A stretch of 32,000 nt of DNA from Dickeya solani IPO 2222 (GTDB lineage: Bacteria; Pseudomonadota; Gammaproteobacteria; Enterobacterales; Enterobacteriaceae). The notes beneath the pieces are model-generated. The model did no database searches. It was not told the DNA's origin and saw only the letters and a program-made list of their open reading frames with translations. The number at the start of each line of letters is the position of its first letter. Position 1 is the first letter of the stretch. A program made the translations under genes and the position numbers. The DNA lies in assembly GCF_001644705.1 (NCBI RefSeq), contig NZ_CP015137.1:3150001-3182000 (forward strand), written 5' to 3'. Shown piece after piece: positions 8,288 through 15,586 of this stretch.

Positions 8288-8392
8288 GTGAGCATTCAAA
8301 TTTCATCCGTGACGGCGCAGAGACAATCAGCCGGGCGCTTCTCTCGTCTGGTTTCTGTCTCTCGTGTTGTGACGGAAAAACCCGTTTCCTGA
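8288..8392 (+). CDS. Candidate 34-aa small ORF (MSIQISSVTAQRQSAGRFSRLVSVSRVVTEKPVS)
   Basis: GTG start 4 nt after a strong SD-like AGGGAGGA (8276-8283), inside the otherwise unassigned spacer between the small-protein gene and the permease. The only support is the SD and the open frame. Confidence 0.2.
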   Translation: MSIQISSVTAQRQSAGRFSRLVSVSRVVTEKPVS

Positions 8393-8536
8393 TGCGATAA
8401 AGGCTCAGTATTTGTGTTAAAGCGCGACAGCGACGGAGACGACGCCAAAGAGATACATTCCGCGACACTGCCGGAAGAACGGAACGCAGCCCTGCCTGAC
8501 GTTGTTCACTCTCCCTACGGCGCTTCTCTGCACTAC

Positions 8537-9706
8537 ATGCTGACCGAACCGTTGGATAGCCTGCGCCAGTTAGGGCGACGGGCAGTGCTGGCGTTGCTGG
8601 GTATCACGGTGGGCTGCGCTGCGGTGGTGGCGTTGCTGAACATCGGCCACAACGCGGCGGCGGACGCCATCAGCGCCTTTCGCGATATGGGCAGCGATAT
8701 GCTGGTCGCCGGCTTTGCCGACACGGCGGAAACGAACCAACGCCGTGCGCCCGCCACGCTGGATATTGATGCGCTGACCCGCGCCTTGCCTGGAATCCGA
8801 CACGCTGCGCCGCTTATCCTCACCTCGACCAATGCCCGTCTGCACCGACGTCAATTTAATGCCATCGTGGCCGGCGCCGGCGCCGAACTGGCGCAAGTAC
8901 TGGCGTTGCGGGTCGCTCATGGCCGCTTCCTGACCCGTTACGATCGTCAGAGCACCTACGCCGTGCTCGGCGCGAAAACGGCCGTCGAACTGGGCGAGGC
9001 CGGTACGCCGGTAGCGCTTGGCAGCCGGATACAGCTTGGCGGCTATCTGTTTGAAGTGGTGGGTATTTTACAAGAGCAGGGGCAAAACCCGCTGCTGCCG
9101 GTGCCGGTGGACGAGGCTATCATCTTGCCTATCGAAGGAATGCACCGTCTGCTTTCCTCTCCTGAAATCAGCAGCGTGGTGGCGCGTAGCCGCCGTAGCG
9201 AGACCTTGCAGCAAGAGGCGGCAGCGCTGCGTGATTACCTGATGGCACTGGCGCCGGGACGCGAGGTGGCGGTGCAAATCTCGCAACAACTGCTGGAAGG
9301 AATGGAGCGGCAGTCGCGCACCTTTACCTGGCTGCTCGCCGGATTAGGCGGCGTTTCGCTGCTGATGGGGGGCGTGGGCGTGATGAACGTGATGGTGATG
9401 AACATTGCCGGGCGGCGGCGAGAAATCGGTGTGCGCATGGCGCTGGGCGCTCGCCCAAAAGATATTGGCCGCCTGTTTCTGCTGGAAGCGGCGGCGTTGG
9501 CGATCGCCGGCGCGCTGGCCGGCGCGATTGTCGGCCTGCTCGCCGCCTGGTTGTTTGTGAAAATGTCCGGCTGGGCTTTTTCTTTGTCCCCGCTGTCGCT
9601 GCCTTTGGGCATTGTCAGTTCACTGGCGGTCGGGGTGTTCTTTGGTCTGCATCCCGCCCTGACGGCGGCCCGGCTGGAACCTGTTAAGGCGCTGCGTGAT
9701 GATTAG
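8537..9706 (+). CDS. ABC transporter permease, MacB/FtsX type (4 TM plus periplasmic domain)
   Basis: TM1 (AVLALLGITVGCAAVVALLNIG) is followed by a periplasmic domain of roughly 230 aa. A C-terminal FtsX-type 3-TM bundle follows (LLAGLGGVSLLMGGVGVMNVMVMNIAGRRREIGVRMALGA...), ending in P..AARLEPVKALR. The start is uncertain: ATG 8537 fits the family N-terminus but has no SD, and the ORF is open from GTG 8414. Confidence 0.85.
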   Translation: MLTEPLDSLRQLGRRAVLALLGITVGCAAVVALLNIGHNAAADAISAFRDMGSDMLVAGFADTAETNQRRAPATLDIDALTRALPGIRHAAPLILTSTNARLHRRQFNAIVAGAGAELAQVLALRVAHGRFLTRYDRQSTYAVLGAKTAVELGEAGTPVALGSRIQLGGYLFEVVGILQEQGQNPLLPVPVDEAIILPIEGMHRLLSSPEISSVVARSRRSETLQQEAAALRDYLMALAPGREVAVQISQQLLEGMERQSRTFTWLLAGLGGVSLLMGGVGVMNVMVMNIAGRRREIGVRMALGARPKDIGRLFLLEAAALAIAGALAGAIVGLLAAWLFVKMSGWAFSLSPLSLPLGIVSSLAVGVFFGLHPALTAARLEPVKALRDD

Positions 9707-11165
9707 AACGGTTGCCCTCGTCCTGTTGCTGCTGGTCGGTCTGGATGCGTCCGCGGCGCTGACCGACCGCTTGTTGCCTTCTCAGGCTACCCGCGCGGGC
9801 AGCAGCAGTTTGTCGCCCAACGCGCAGATTATCGATCTGACGTTAAGCGACGCCATTTACCTTGGCTTGCGCGATAACCGCGCCATTCGTAGCGCCTATC
9901 TGGATCGCGTCGCGCAGAAATTTGACCTGCTGGTGGCCGAAGACCGCTTTACCCCCAAGCTGGTGTTGAGCGGCAGCTATCTGGCGGCGCGCAATCAGGA
10001 TGACCGCTACCGTCAGGGCGAAATCGCGCCCACCACCACGCTGCTGACGCCTTACGGCACCCGCGTGAGTCTGGCCTGGACGCACCGTTCCACGCAGGCG
10101 GATGAAGCCGGCCGTACCCGCAATGACGGCGCCACGATCACGGTTATCCAGCCGTTGCTGCGCGGTGCCGGTAAGGAGATAGCCACCGCGCCGGTGCGGC
10201 TGGCAAAGCTGTCCGAACAGATCAACCGGCTGACGCTGAAAGCCACCGTCGCCCGGACTATCACCCAAATCATCATGGCTTATCGGGCGTTGTTGCAGAC
10301 GCAGGAGCAATTGAACATTGCCGACGAAGCGCTGGCGCGCTCACGCCAGTTGCTGGAGGTAAACCGCTCGCTGATCGCCGCCGGGCGTATGGCTGAATTC
10401 GAAATCATCCAGACGGAAGCGGATGTCGCGACTCAGGAATTATCCCGTGAAGAAGCGCTCAATCAGCTTGACGTTAGCCGTCTGGCGCTGTTGCAACTGC
10501 TGGCGCTGGATTTGCGCACGCCGGTCCGCGCGACCGAACGGCTGCAGGCTGGTCGCGTTGACGTCAGCCCCGCCGCGGCGTTGTCTCAGGCCGAAGCGCT
10601 GCAACCCGCCTACCTTACACAGCTGATCGTCGATAAGCAGGCCGACATTAATCTGGCGGTGGCGCGCGATGACCGCCTGTGGGATGTGTCGCTGGTGGGG
10701 GGGACCAGCCAACTGCGCGACCGCAGCAGCGCGGTGGGCAGTTCGCGCAATTGGGAGAACTATGTCGGCGTGCAGGTGGACATTCCCATCGGCGATATGA
10801 GTCAACAGCAGGCGGAAGTACAAGCGCGGGTGAACGTGCAGAATCAACGCATTCAGCTTGTCGAAACCCGCCAGCAACTGGAGCGCGACGTCGCCAACGC
10901 CGTGCGTGATATCAGCACCCGCTGGCGCCAGTTTGAGATTGCCCAGCGCGCGCGGGATCTTTCGCGTCGCAAGCTGGATATTGAACGGGAAAAACTCACC
11001 GCCGGGCGCTCCAGCAACTTTCAGGTGCTGAGTTTTGAAACCGATCTGCGTAACGCCGAAAACGCCCGGCTTAGCGCTTTGATTACCTATCTCAACACCC
11101 AGGCCGATCTGGACCAAACCTTGGGTACGACGCTGCAAAGCTGGGATATCTCTCTCAATGATTAA
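9699..11165 (+). CDS. TolC-like outer-membrane efflux protein (OMF)
   Basis: Signal peptide MIRTVALVLLLLVGLDASA. Two-repeat coiled-coil/beta architecture with OEP-style sequence (LSDAIYLGLRDNRAIRSA..., ...RLSALITYLNTQADLDQTLGT). The start (ATG 9699 or GTG 9696) overlaps the permease stop codon, which suggests translational coupling. Confidence 0.88.
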   Translation: MIRTVALVLLLLVGLDASAALTDRLLPSQATRAGSSSLSPNAQIIDLTLSDAIYLGLRDNRAIRSAYLDRVAQKFDLLVAEDRFTPKLVLSGSYLAARNQDDRYRQGEIAPTTTLLTPYGTRVSLAWTHRSTQADEAGRTRNDGATITVIQPLLRGAGKEIATAPVRLAKLSEQINRLTLKATVARTITQIIMAYRALLQTQEQLNIADEALARSRQLLEVNRSLIAAGRMAEFEIIQTEADVATQELSREEALNQLDVSRLALLQLLALDLRTPVRATERLQAGRVDVSPAAALSQAEALQPAYLTQLIVDKQADINLAVARDDRLWDVSLVGGTSQLRDRSSAVGSSRNWENYVGVQVDIPIGDMSQQQAEVQARVNVQNQRIQLVETRQQLERDVANAVRDISTRWRQFEIAQRARDLSRRKLDIEREKLTAGRSSNFQVLSFETDLRNAENARLSALITYLNTQADLDQTLGTTLQSWDISLND

Positions 11166-12453
11166 TCTTTCACGATACCGGCAGCGCCCGCTGCGCCAGC
11201 GCGCGGCATTGATAGGTGTCTTTGCGCTGGGCGCGGTGGCGATGGTCTGGAAGCTATGGTCGCCAGCCACCAGCGCCATGCCGCAGACACAATGGCTGCG
11301 GGTTGAGCCGCAGGTGTTGGAAAACCGTCTGGGGTTGACCGGGCGGATTCAGGCCGCCGCCACACTGACGCTCTCCGCGCCGTTTGAAGGCATGATCAAA
11401 GACGTGCTGGTCAACGAAGGGCAACGTGTGGAAGCGAGCCAGCCGTTGCTGACGCTGGACACCGGCCTGCTGGATATCCAACTGCGCCAGGCGCTGGCCG
11501 ACTTGCTAAAAGCGCAGCGCACGGTGCAGGACATGCAGCATTGGGAACAAGGTCAGGAGGTGGCGCGGGCGCGACGCACCCTGAATAACGCGCGTATCAG
11601 CCTGGCGAACACCGAGGCCAACCTGAAAGATACCCGCACCCTGTTTGAGCGCGGCATCGTAGCCAGAATGGAAGTCGACGCGCTGGCTCAACAGGCTCAG
11701 GCGCAACGGCTGGATCTGTCCGCCGCGCAGGATGAATTGCAGGCTGCGCTGGACCGCGGGCGTGGTGAAAACCGTCAGATCGCCGAGATGGAACAGGCTA
11801 ACGCTCAGTCGCGCCATCAAACGTTGATGGCGATGCAGGCGCAGCAGGTGGTGCGTGCGCCGTTTGCGGGCGTACTGGTGCGCCCCGCCGCGCCGGAAAC
11901 CGATAAACGCCAGCCATTGCAGCCGGGGATGCGGGTCAGTCAGGGGATGCCGCTGTTCGGACTGGTCAATCCCGACCATCTACAGGTCGTGGCCAGTCTT
12001 GACGAGGCCGACTTGCATCAGTTGCACGAAGGGATGGCGGTGGACATCAGCGGCGACGGTTTTGCCGGGCTGACGCTGTACGGCCATATCCAGACCATCG
12101 GTATTGAAGGGCGCGTCGCTGACGTGGCCGGCGCCGGCGCCCGCTACGATGTACTGGTCACTGTCGCTACCCCGTCAGCGGAACAGCGCCAGCGCCTGCG
12201 GTTAGGGATGAGCGCCCGGCTGTCGGTGGTCACGTATCGCAACGAGCATGGCATCGCCGTTCCTGCCGAGGCGTTGCACACGGACGAGGCCGGTAACAGC
12301 TATATTCTCTTTCGTCAGGATGCCGACAGTGCGCCTCAGCGGCGTACGGTAGTGCCGGGCGTTGCTGTGCCGCAGGGCGTGGAAGTAAAAGGATTACCTG
12401 ATGAAGGCCCTGGGTTCGTCGAAATCACCAATAACAGCGGCGCTGCTGAATGA
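11158..12453 (+). CDS. HlyD-family membrane-fusion (periplasmic adaptor) protein
   Basis: N-terminal TM anchor, lipoyl-like motif (G.I..V.V.EGQRV...QPLLTLD), long coiled-coil hairpin, and C-terminal beta-barrel. Its ATG overlaps the OMF stop codon (ATGATTAA). Confidence 0.88.
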   Translation: MINLSRYRQRPLRQRAALIGVFALGAVAMVWKLWSPATSAMPQTQWLRVEPQVLENRLGLTGRIQAAATLTLSAPFEGMIKDVLVNEGQRVEASQPLLTLDTGLLDIQLRQALADLLKAQRTVQDMQHWEQGQEVARARRTLNNARISLANTEANLKDTRTLFERGIVARMEVDALAQQAQAQRLDLSAAQDELQAALDRGRGENRQIAEMEQANAQSRHQTLMAMQAQQVVRAPFAGVLVRPAAPETDKRQPLQPGMRVSQGMPLFGLVNPDHLQVVASLDEADLHQLHEGMAVDISGDGFAGLTLYGHIQTIGIEGRVADVAGAGARYDVLVTVATPSAEQRQRLRLGMSARLSVVTYRNEHGIAVPAEALHTDEAGNSYILFRQDADSAPQRRTVVPGVAVPQGVEVKGLPDEGPGFVEITNNSGAAE

Positions 12454-12464
12454 AACGGGCCGAT

Positions 12465-12524
12465 GCATAACGGTCAGATGAATAACGGTCAGATTCCTAA
12501 TGGTCAGATTCCTAATGATCAGAT
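12465..12524. repeat. Four tandem 15-bp repeats (core TAAYGRTCAGAT)
   Basis: GCATAACGGTCAGAT / GAATAACGGTCAGAT / TCCTAATGGTCAGAT / TCCTAATGATCAGAT, head to tail. The array starts 12 nt after the MFP stop codon, in a convergent intergenic region. Confidence 0.9.
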
Positions 12525-12601
12525 GATAGCGGGCTTGCAGGGCCGGTCGCGGCATCCACGGATTGAAAACGTCGCTTATCAATGGCGGATTGTTGAAATG
12601 G

Positions 12602-13129
12602 TTATCTCGTCAGTTCCCATTCATCAAACTGTTTATTAATGTCTTTAATCGAGGCGAGTCTGATTTTGGGTAGGGTCAACGCGTCAAACAGCTCAGCATA
12701 GTGTTTCCTGTTTTTAGGCGTGACGGCGGTAATATGATGGAACATTTTCCAGTTCAGCCGGTCTATCCCCCCTTCCAGCGCACCATAGCGCTGGTATTGA
12801 AATAGCGTTCGGTTCACATAGCGCAATAAGCTCGACAGCGTGGAGACATCCAGCAGAATAAGTCCCGTGGCGCGAGACAAACGCTGTGGCAGGCATCTTT
12901 TGTAATTTCCATCGATGACCCAACTTTCCTGATTTATTGCCATATCATGCAATAAAAGGAACTCATGAAAAGGGCGTTCTTGCCAGTTTGAATGGGGGAC
13001 ATGAAAAAGCTGGTCCAGATGGATAACGTCCAGATTACGTTTCCGCGCAATCGCATTCGCAAGGGTCGATTTACCGCTGTTCGATGGCCCCATAATGCAA
13101 ATTCTGTCGCCTAAATCTGAAAGCTTCAT
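12602..13129 (-). CDS. P-loop NTPase / adenylate-kinase-like protein (topology-modulation FlaR-like family)
   Basis: Walker A GPSNSGKST right after the N-terminus, and about 175 aa in total, as is typical of small AAA/kinase-fold proteins. Start chosen at MKLSDL (13129), preceded by GGAGAA. Visibly AT-richer than the flanking genes. Confidence 0.7.
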   Translation of the reverse strand: MKLSDLGDRICIMGPSNSGKSTLANAIARKRNLDVIHLDQLFHVPHSNWQERPFHEFLLLHDMAINQESWVIDGNYKRCLPQRLSRATGLILLDVSTLSSLLRYVNRTLFQYQRYGALEGGIDRLNWKMFHHITAVTPKNRKHYAELFDALTLPKIRLASIKDINKQFDEWELTR

Positions 13130-13609
13130 CGTCTTCTCCATACCGCGTGGTGTCTGGTATTTGGGTGAGCGCGAGCTGCCACCACGGCGATTTATCATTT
13201 TAACGATCTCTCGCCTGTTCGGGTTGACGAAGTAGTAAAAGATTTTGAAAGTGAGGGGAACGTAGAAAAAATAAAGCAGCCTGGCGGTTGTATTGACTGT
13301 TGTAATGCCAGATTGACGACCGGGATGGTTTATAGTTATTCGTCCGTTTTAGCCGTAAGGAACCTTAACCGTACTGCTGCTGAGGTCCACCGTCAGAGAA
13401 CCGGAGTTATTACCGGCGGTAACGGGCGATAACGACGCCGTTTTGTCGGAGTTGCCACATTAGTTCAGTACCGGGAGTCGCCGAAGAATCAAATCCAACG
13501 ATATATATCGGCATAATATCAATACCCGCTGTCACAATGTTACGAGAGCCTTCGCTGAAACGTCAGGATATTAATTCGCTCTTAGTTTTTCGATGTTATT
13601 AATATATTG

Positions 13610-13655
13610 ACGCCAGACTGTCTCTTCCATAGTGAAAGGATGGTCTGGCGTTTTT
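13610..13655 (+). terminator. Hairpin ACGCCAGAC...GTCTGGCGT followed by TTTT
   Basis: 9-bp perfect stem with a 24-nt loop. A T-run follows on the plus strand only. It lies 3-4 nt from the stop codon of the minus-strand hydrolase gene, so it may act bidirectionally. Confidence 0.45.
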
Positions 13656-13658
13656 AGG

Positions 13659-14732
13659 TTATATCCCAGCGAAATCGAATGGTGGCGCTTTTTTAAATTG
13701 ATCCGAAACCTGCCCAGAGTAAATCTTACTTTGATTCGGCCCCAGATCCAGTTTCATGGCGTTCCCATCGTGTGGAGAGAAATCCACCTTTTTCAGGTCG
13801 ACCCAAAAGATATTAGGAGACATGGCCGACTCAAAGAAATATTGCATGGATTTATGATCAATCACGCTACGCCACCGGGTTGAGGCGATATTCGGTTCAG
13901 CCGACAGGGCATAACCGTAAGGGACGGAAACATTCCGTATCACACTGAAGGCACTGGCTAATGCTTTATCATGCCCTTCATTTTTGGGAATATGATTCAC
14001 ATAAAATGAGGCGCGAACAAAGCGATCCGCCGCCCGATTGGTGCCCGGTAGCATGACGCTTCCGCCTATCTGTTCCCAGTAGGCATTAAGCGCCAATTGC
14101 TGGTTGAACACCGGCGAATTGGTCATTACCTGGTATTCCCGGTTATGGTGAATGACGGGTTTACCATCGATATATTCAATAATTGCGCTGTCGCCTGACG
14201 AATCAGACAAAGACAGGTGTAGTTTTGCAAGCCGCTCTTCGTCAGGAACATTGGCTGTGACCAACGTAAATTTATCCTGCTTCAGCGCCTGAACCGCTTC
14301 TTCGACGGTGGCAAAGTTATCCAGCACATATTGCGCCCAGGCGGCGACACTCAGCCCCGGTTTTTCAGCGGTAGGCGCAGTGGTTGGATATTCTGATTCC
14401 ACCAGCCACAGCAAATTGGCGGCTAGCCCTTTCTCATTTATGCCATCTGTTGTCGATATATCATAAGCCGCTGCGATGACGCTGCCATATTTAGAGACCC
14501 ACTTAAGTGTGTGTTGTCCCCCTTCGCCAGAACGATGTAACTCGCGTGGGAATACCCATAAGTTTGTTCCCACATCTTTTTTCCAGTCCATCGAGCGAGC
14601 GGTGATGGTTTCATTATTATCACCCAGATAAACTAGTCGCGTGCAGGCAAACGTTACGGATGAACTAAGTATTAAAGCGCCCAGCGATATCATGCAAGCA
14701 ACAGAATTAACGTGCTTATTATTTCTCTTCAT
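13659..14732 (-). CDS. Choloylglycine-hydrolase-family Ntn hydrolase (penicillin V acylase / AHL acylase-like), secreted
   Basis: Signal peptide ending ...SVTFA followed by CTRLVY. A Cys becoming residue 1 after cleavage is the hallmark nucleophile of this family. The RSMDW motif occurs shortly after. 357 aa. Confidence 0.85.
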   Translation of the reverse strand: MKRNNKHVNSVACMISLGALILSSSVTFACTRLVYLGDNNETITARSMDWKKDVGTNLWVFPRELHRSGEGGQHTLKWVSKYGSVIAAAYDISTTDGINEKGLAANLLWLVESEYPTTAPTAEKPGLSVAAWAQYVLDNFATVEEAVQALKQDKFTLVTANVPDEERLAKLHLSLSDSSGDSAIIEYIDGKPVIHHNREYQVMTNSPVFNQQLALNAYWEQIGGSVMLPGTNRAADRFVRASFYVNHIPKNEGHDKALASAFSVIRNVSVPYGYALSAEPNIASTRWRSVIDHKSMQYFFESAMSPNIFWVDLKKVDFSPHDGNAMKLDLGPNQSKIYSGQVSDQFKKAPPFDFAGI

Positions 14733-14943
14733 GTTATTTCCTTTCGGCTTTTTAATGTCATTTTATTATAGGTGGCATTTGACGCTGCATTAGTGTTTTT
14801 TAAGGTTTTCATTGTTGATTGTTTTTAGTGGATTAATTTTTTTATTTTTATATTTTAGTCGAAATAATTTTTTGTTTTTATTTCTTCCCCTACTTTAGTT
14901 ATTCGTCGGATCTGAATTGCGATAATTGCTGGTTTTTTAATAG

Positions 14944-14987
14944 GTAATGTTTTAATCGATAATATTTTAATCGGTAATGTTTAAGCG
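14944..14987. repeat. Three tandem ~15-bp AT-rich repeats (RTAATRTTTTAATCG)
   Basis: GTAATGTTTTAATCG / ATAATATTTTAATCG / GTAATGTTTAAGCG. They sit inside a very AT-rich 450-bp divergent intergenic region with many A/T tracts. Confidence 0.75.
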
Positions 14988-15184
14988 CTTCTGCGAGGGA
15001 ATATCTTTTTTTTGTAATATTAAGTCTGCGGTTAGTGTGAGAATGGTTTCAGTTCTTCATAGATAAATTCAATGTTTTCTTCAACGTTAGGCATAGCGGC
15101 GGTAATCCCTCTAACCATGGTGACAGGATCTGTCACTACGTTGCTCTAGACTACGTTTTCTTTTCACCACGAAGGAAAATTATC

Positions 15185-15562
15185 ATGACTACAATGAGTA
15201 ACAAGACCCTGGAAATTGCGCGTACTTACGTTACAGCAATGGCGAAAAAAGATGTCGAAACAATTATTTCAATCACGGCAGACAATGTCGTTTGCACATC
15301 ACCCATCGGGCAAACCACCGGTATTGAGCGTTTCCAGGCCTTTCAGGAAGGCTTTGCCCGGATGATCACGAACTTGACCGTCCTCGCCATTTATGGCGAT
15401 GACGAGCAGGCTGTAGTGGTCTACGACGTCGAAACGCATCCGGTTCCGCACTCGGTCGTGGCGGAACTGATCAAGGTTAGGGACGGTAAGCTCGCCTCCA
15501 CCGAGGTGATCTACGACGCTACGTCGTTTGCCGCTTACATGGCATCGGTTCAACCTCACTGA
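15185..15562 (+). CDS. SnoaL-like / NTF2-fold small protein
   Basis: 125 aa. The N-terminal pattern (LEIARTYVTAMAKKDVETIISITADNVVCTSP) is typical of SnoaL / ketosteroid-isomerase-like proteins. AAGGA SD. Confidence 0.6.
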   Translation: MTTMSNKTLEIARTYVTAMAKKDVETIISITADNVVCTSPIGQTTGIERFQAFQEGFARMITNLTVLAIYGDDEQAVVVYDVETHPVPHSVVAELIKVRDGKLASTEVIYDATSFAAYMASVQPH

Positions 15563-15586
15563 CCTTATTGGAAAGAGATCAGGCTT

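Noticed and set aside
6931-9706. Reading the ABC ATPase and FtsX permease as LolCDE or as an ordinary macAB macrolide pump
   Set aside because: LolCDE has two permease genes and no OMF or MFP. In macAB the ATPase is fused to the permease, and the pump relies on the chromosomal tolC. Here the ATPase is a separate gene, a signal-peptide protein gene is inserted between it and the permease, and the locus carries its own OMF and MFP.
10440-11279. 279-aa minus-strand ORF spanning the OMF/MFP junction
   Set aside because: It is antisense to two well-supported, translationally coupled genes. Its composition (Arg/Ala/Gln-rich) is typical of a shadow frame.
12465-12524. Possibility that the tandem repeats are a CRISPR array
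   Set aside because: The repeats are contiguous with no spacers, only 15 bp long, and degenerate. No cas genes are present in the window.
12394-12582. 62-aa minus-strand ORF encoding a repeated IRNLT/VIHLT peptide
   Set aside because: The peptide repeat is simply the translation of the 15-bp tandem DNA repeat. The ORF overlaps the 3' end of the MFP gene and has no start context.
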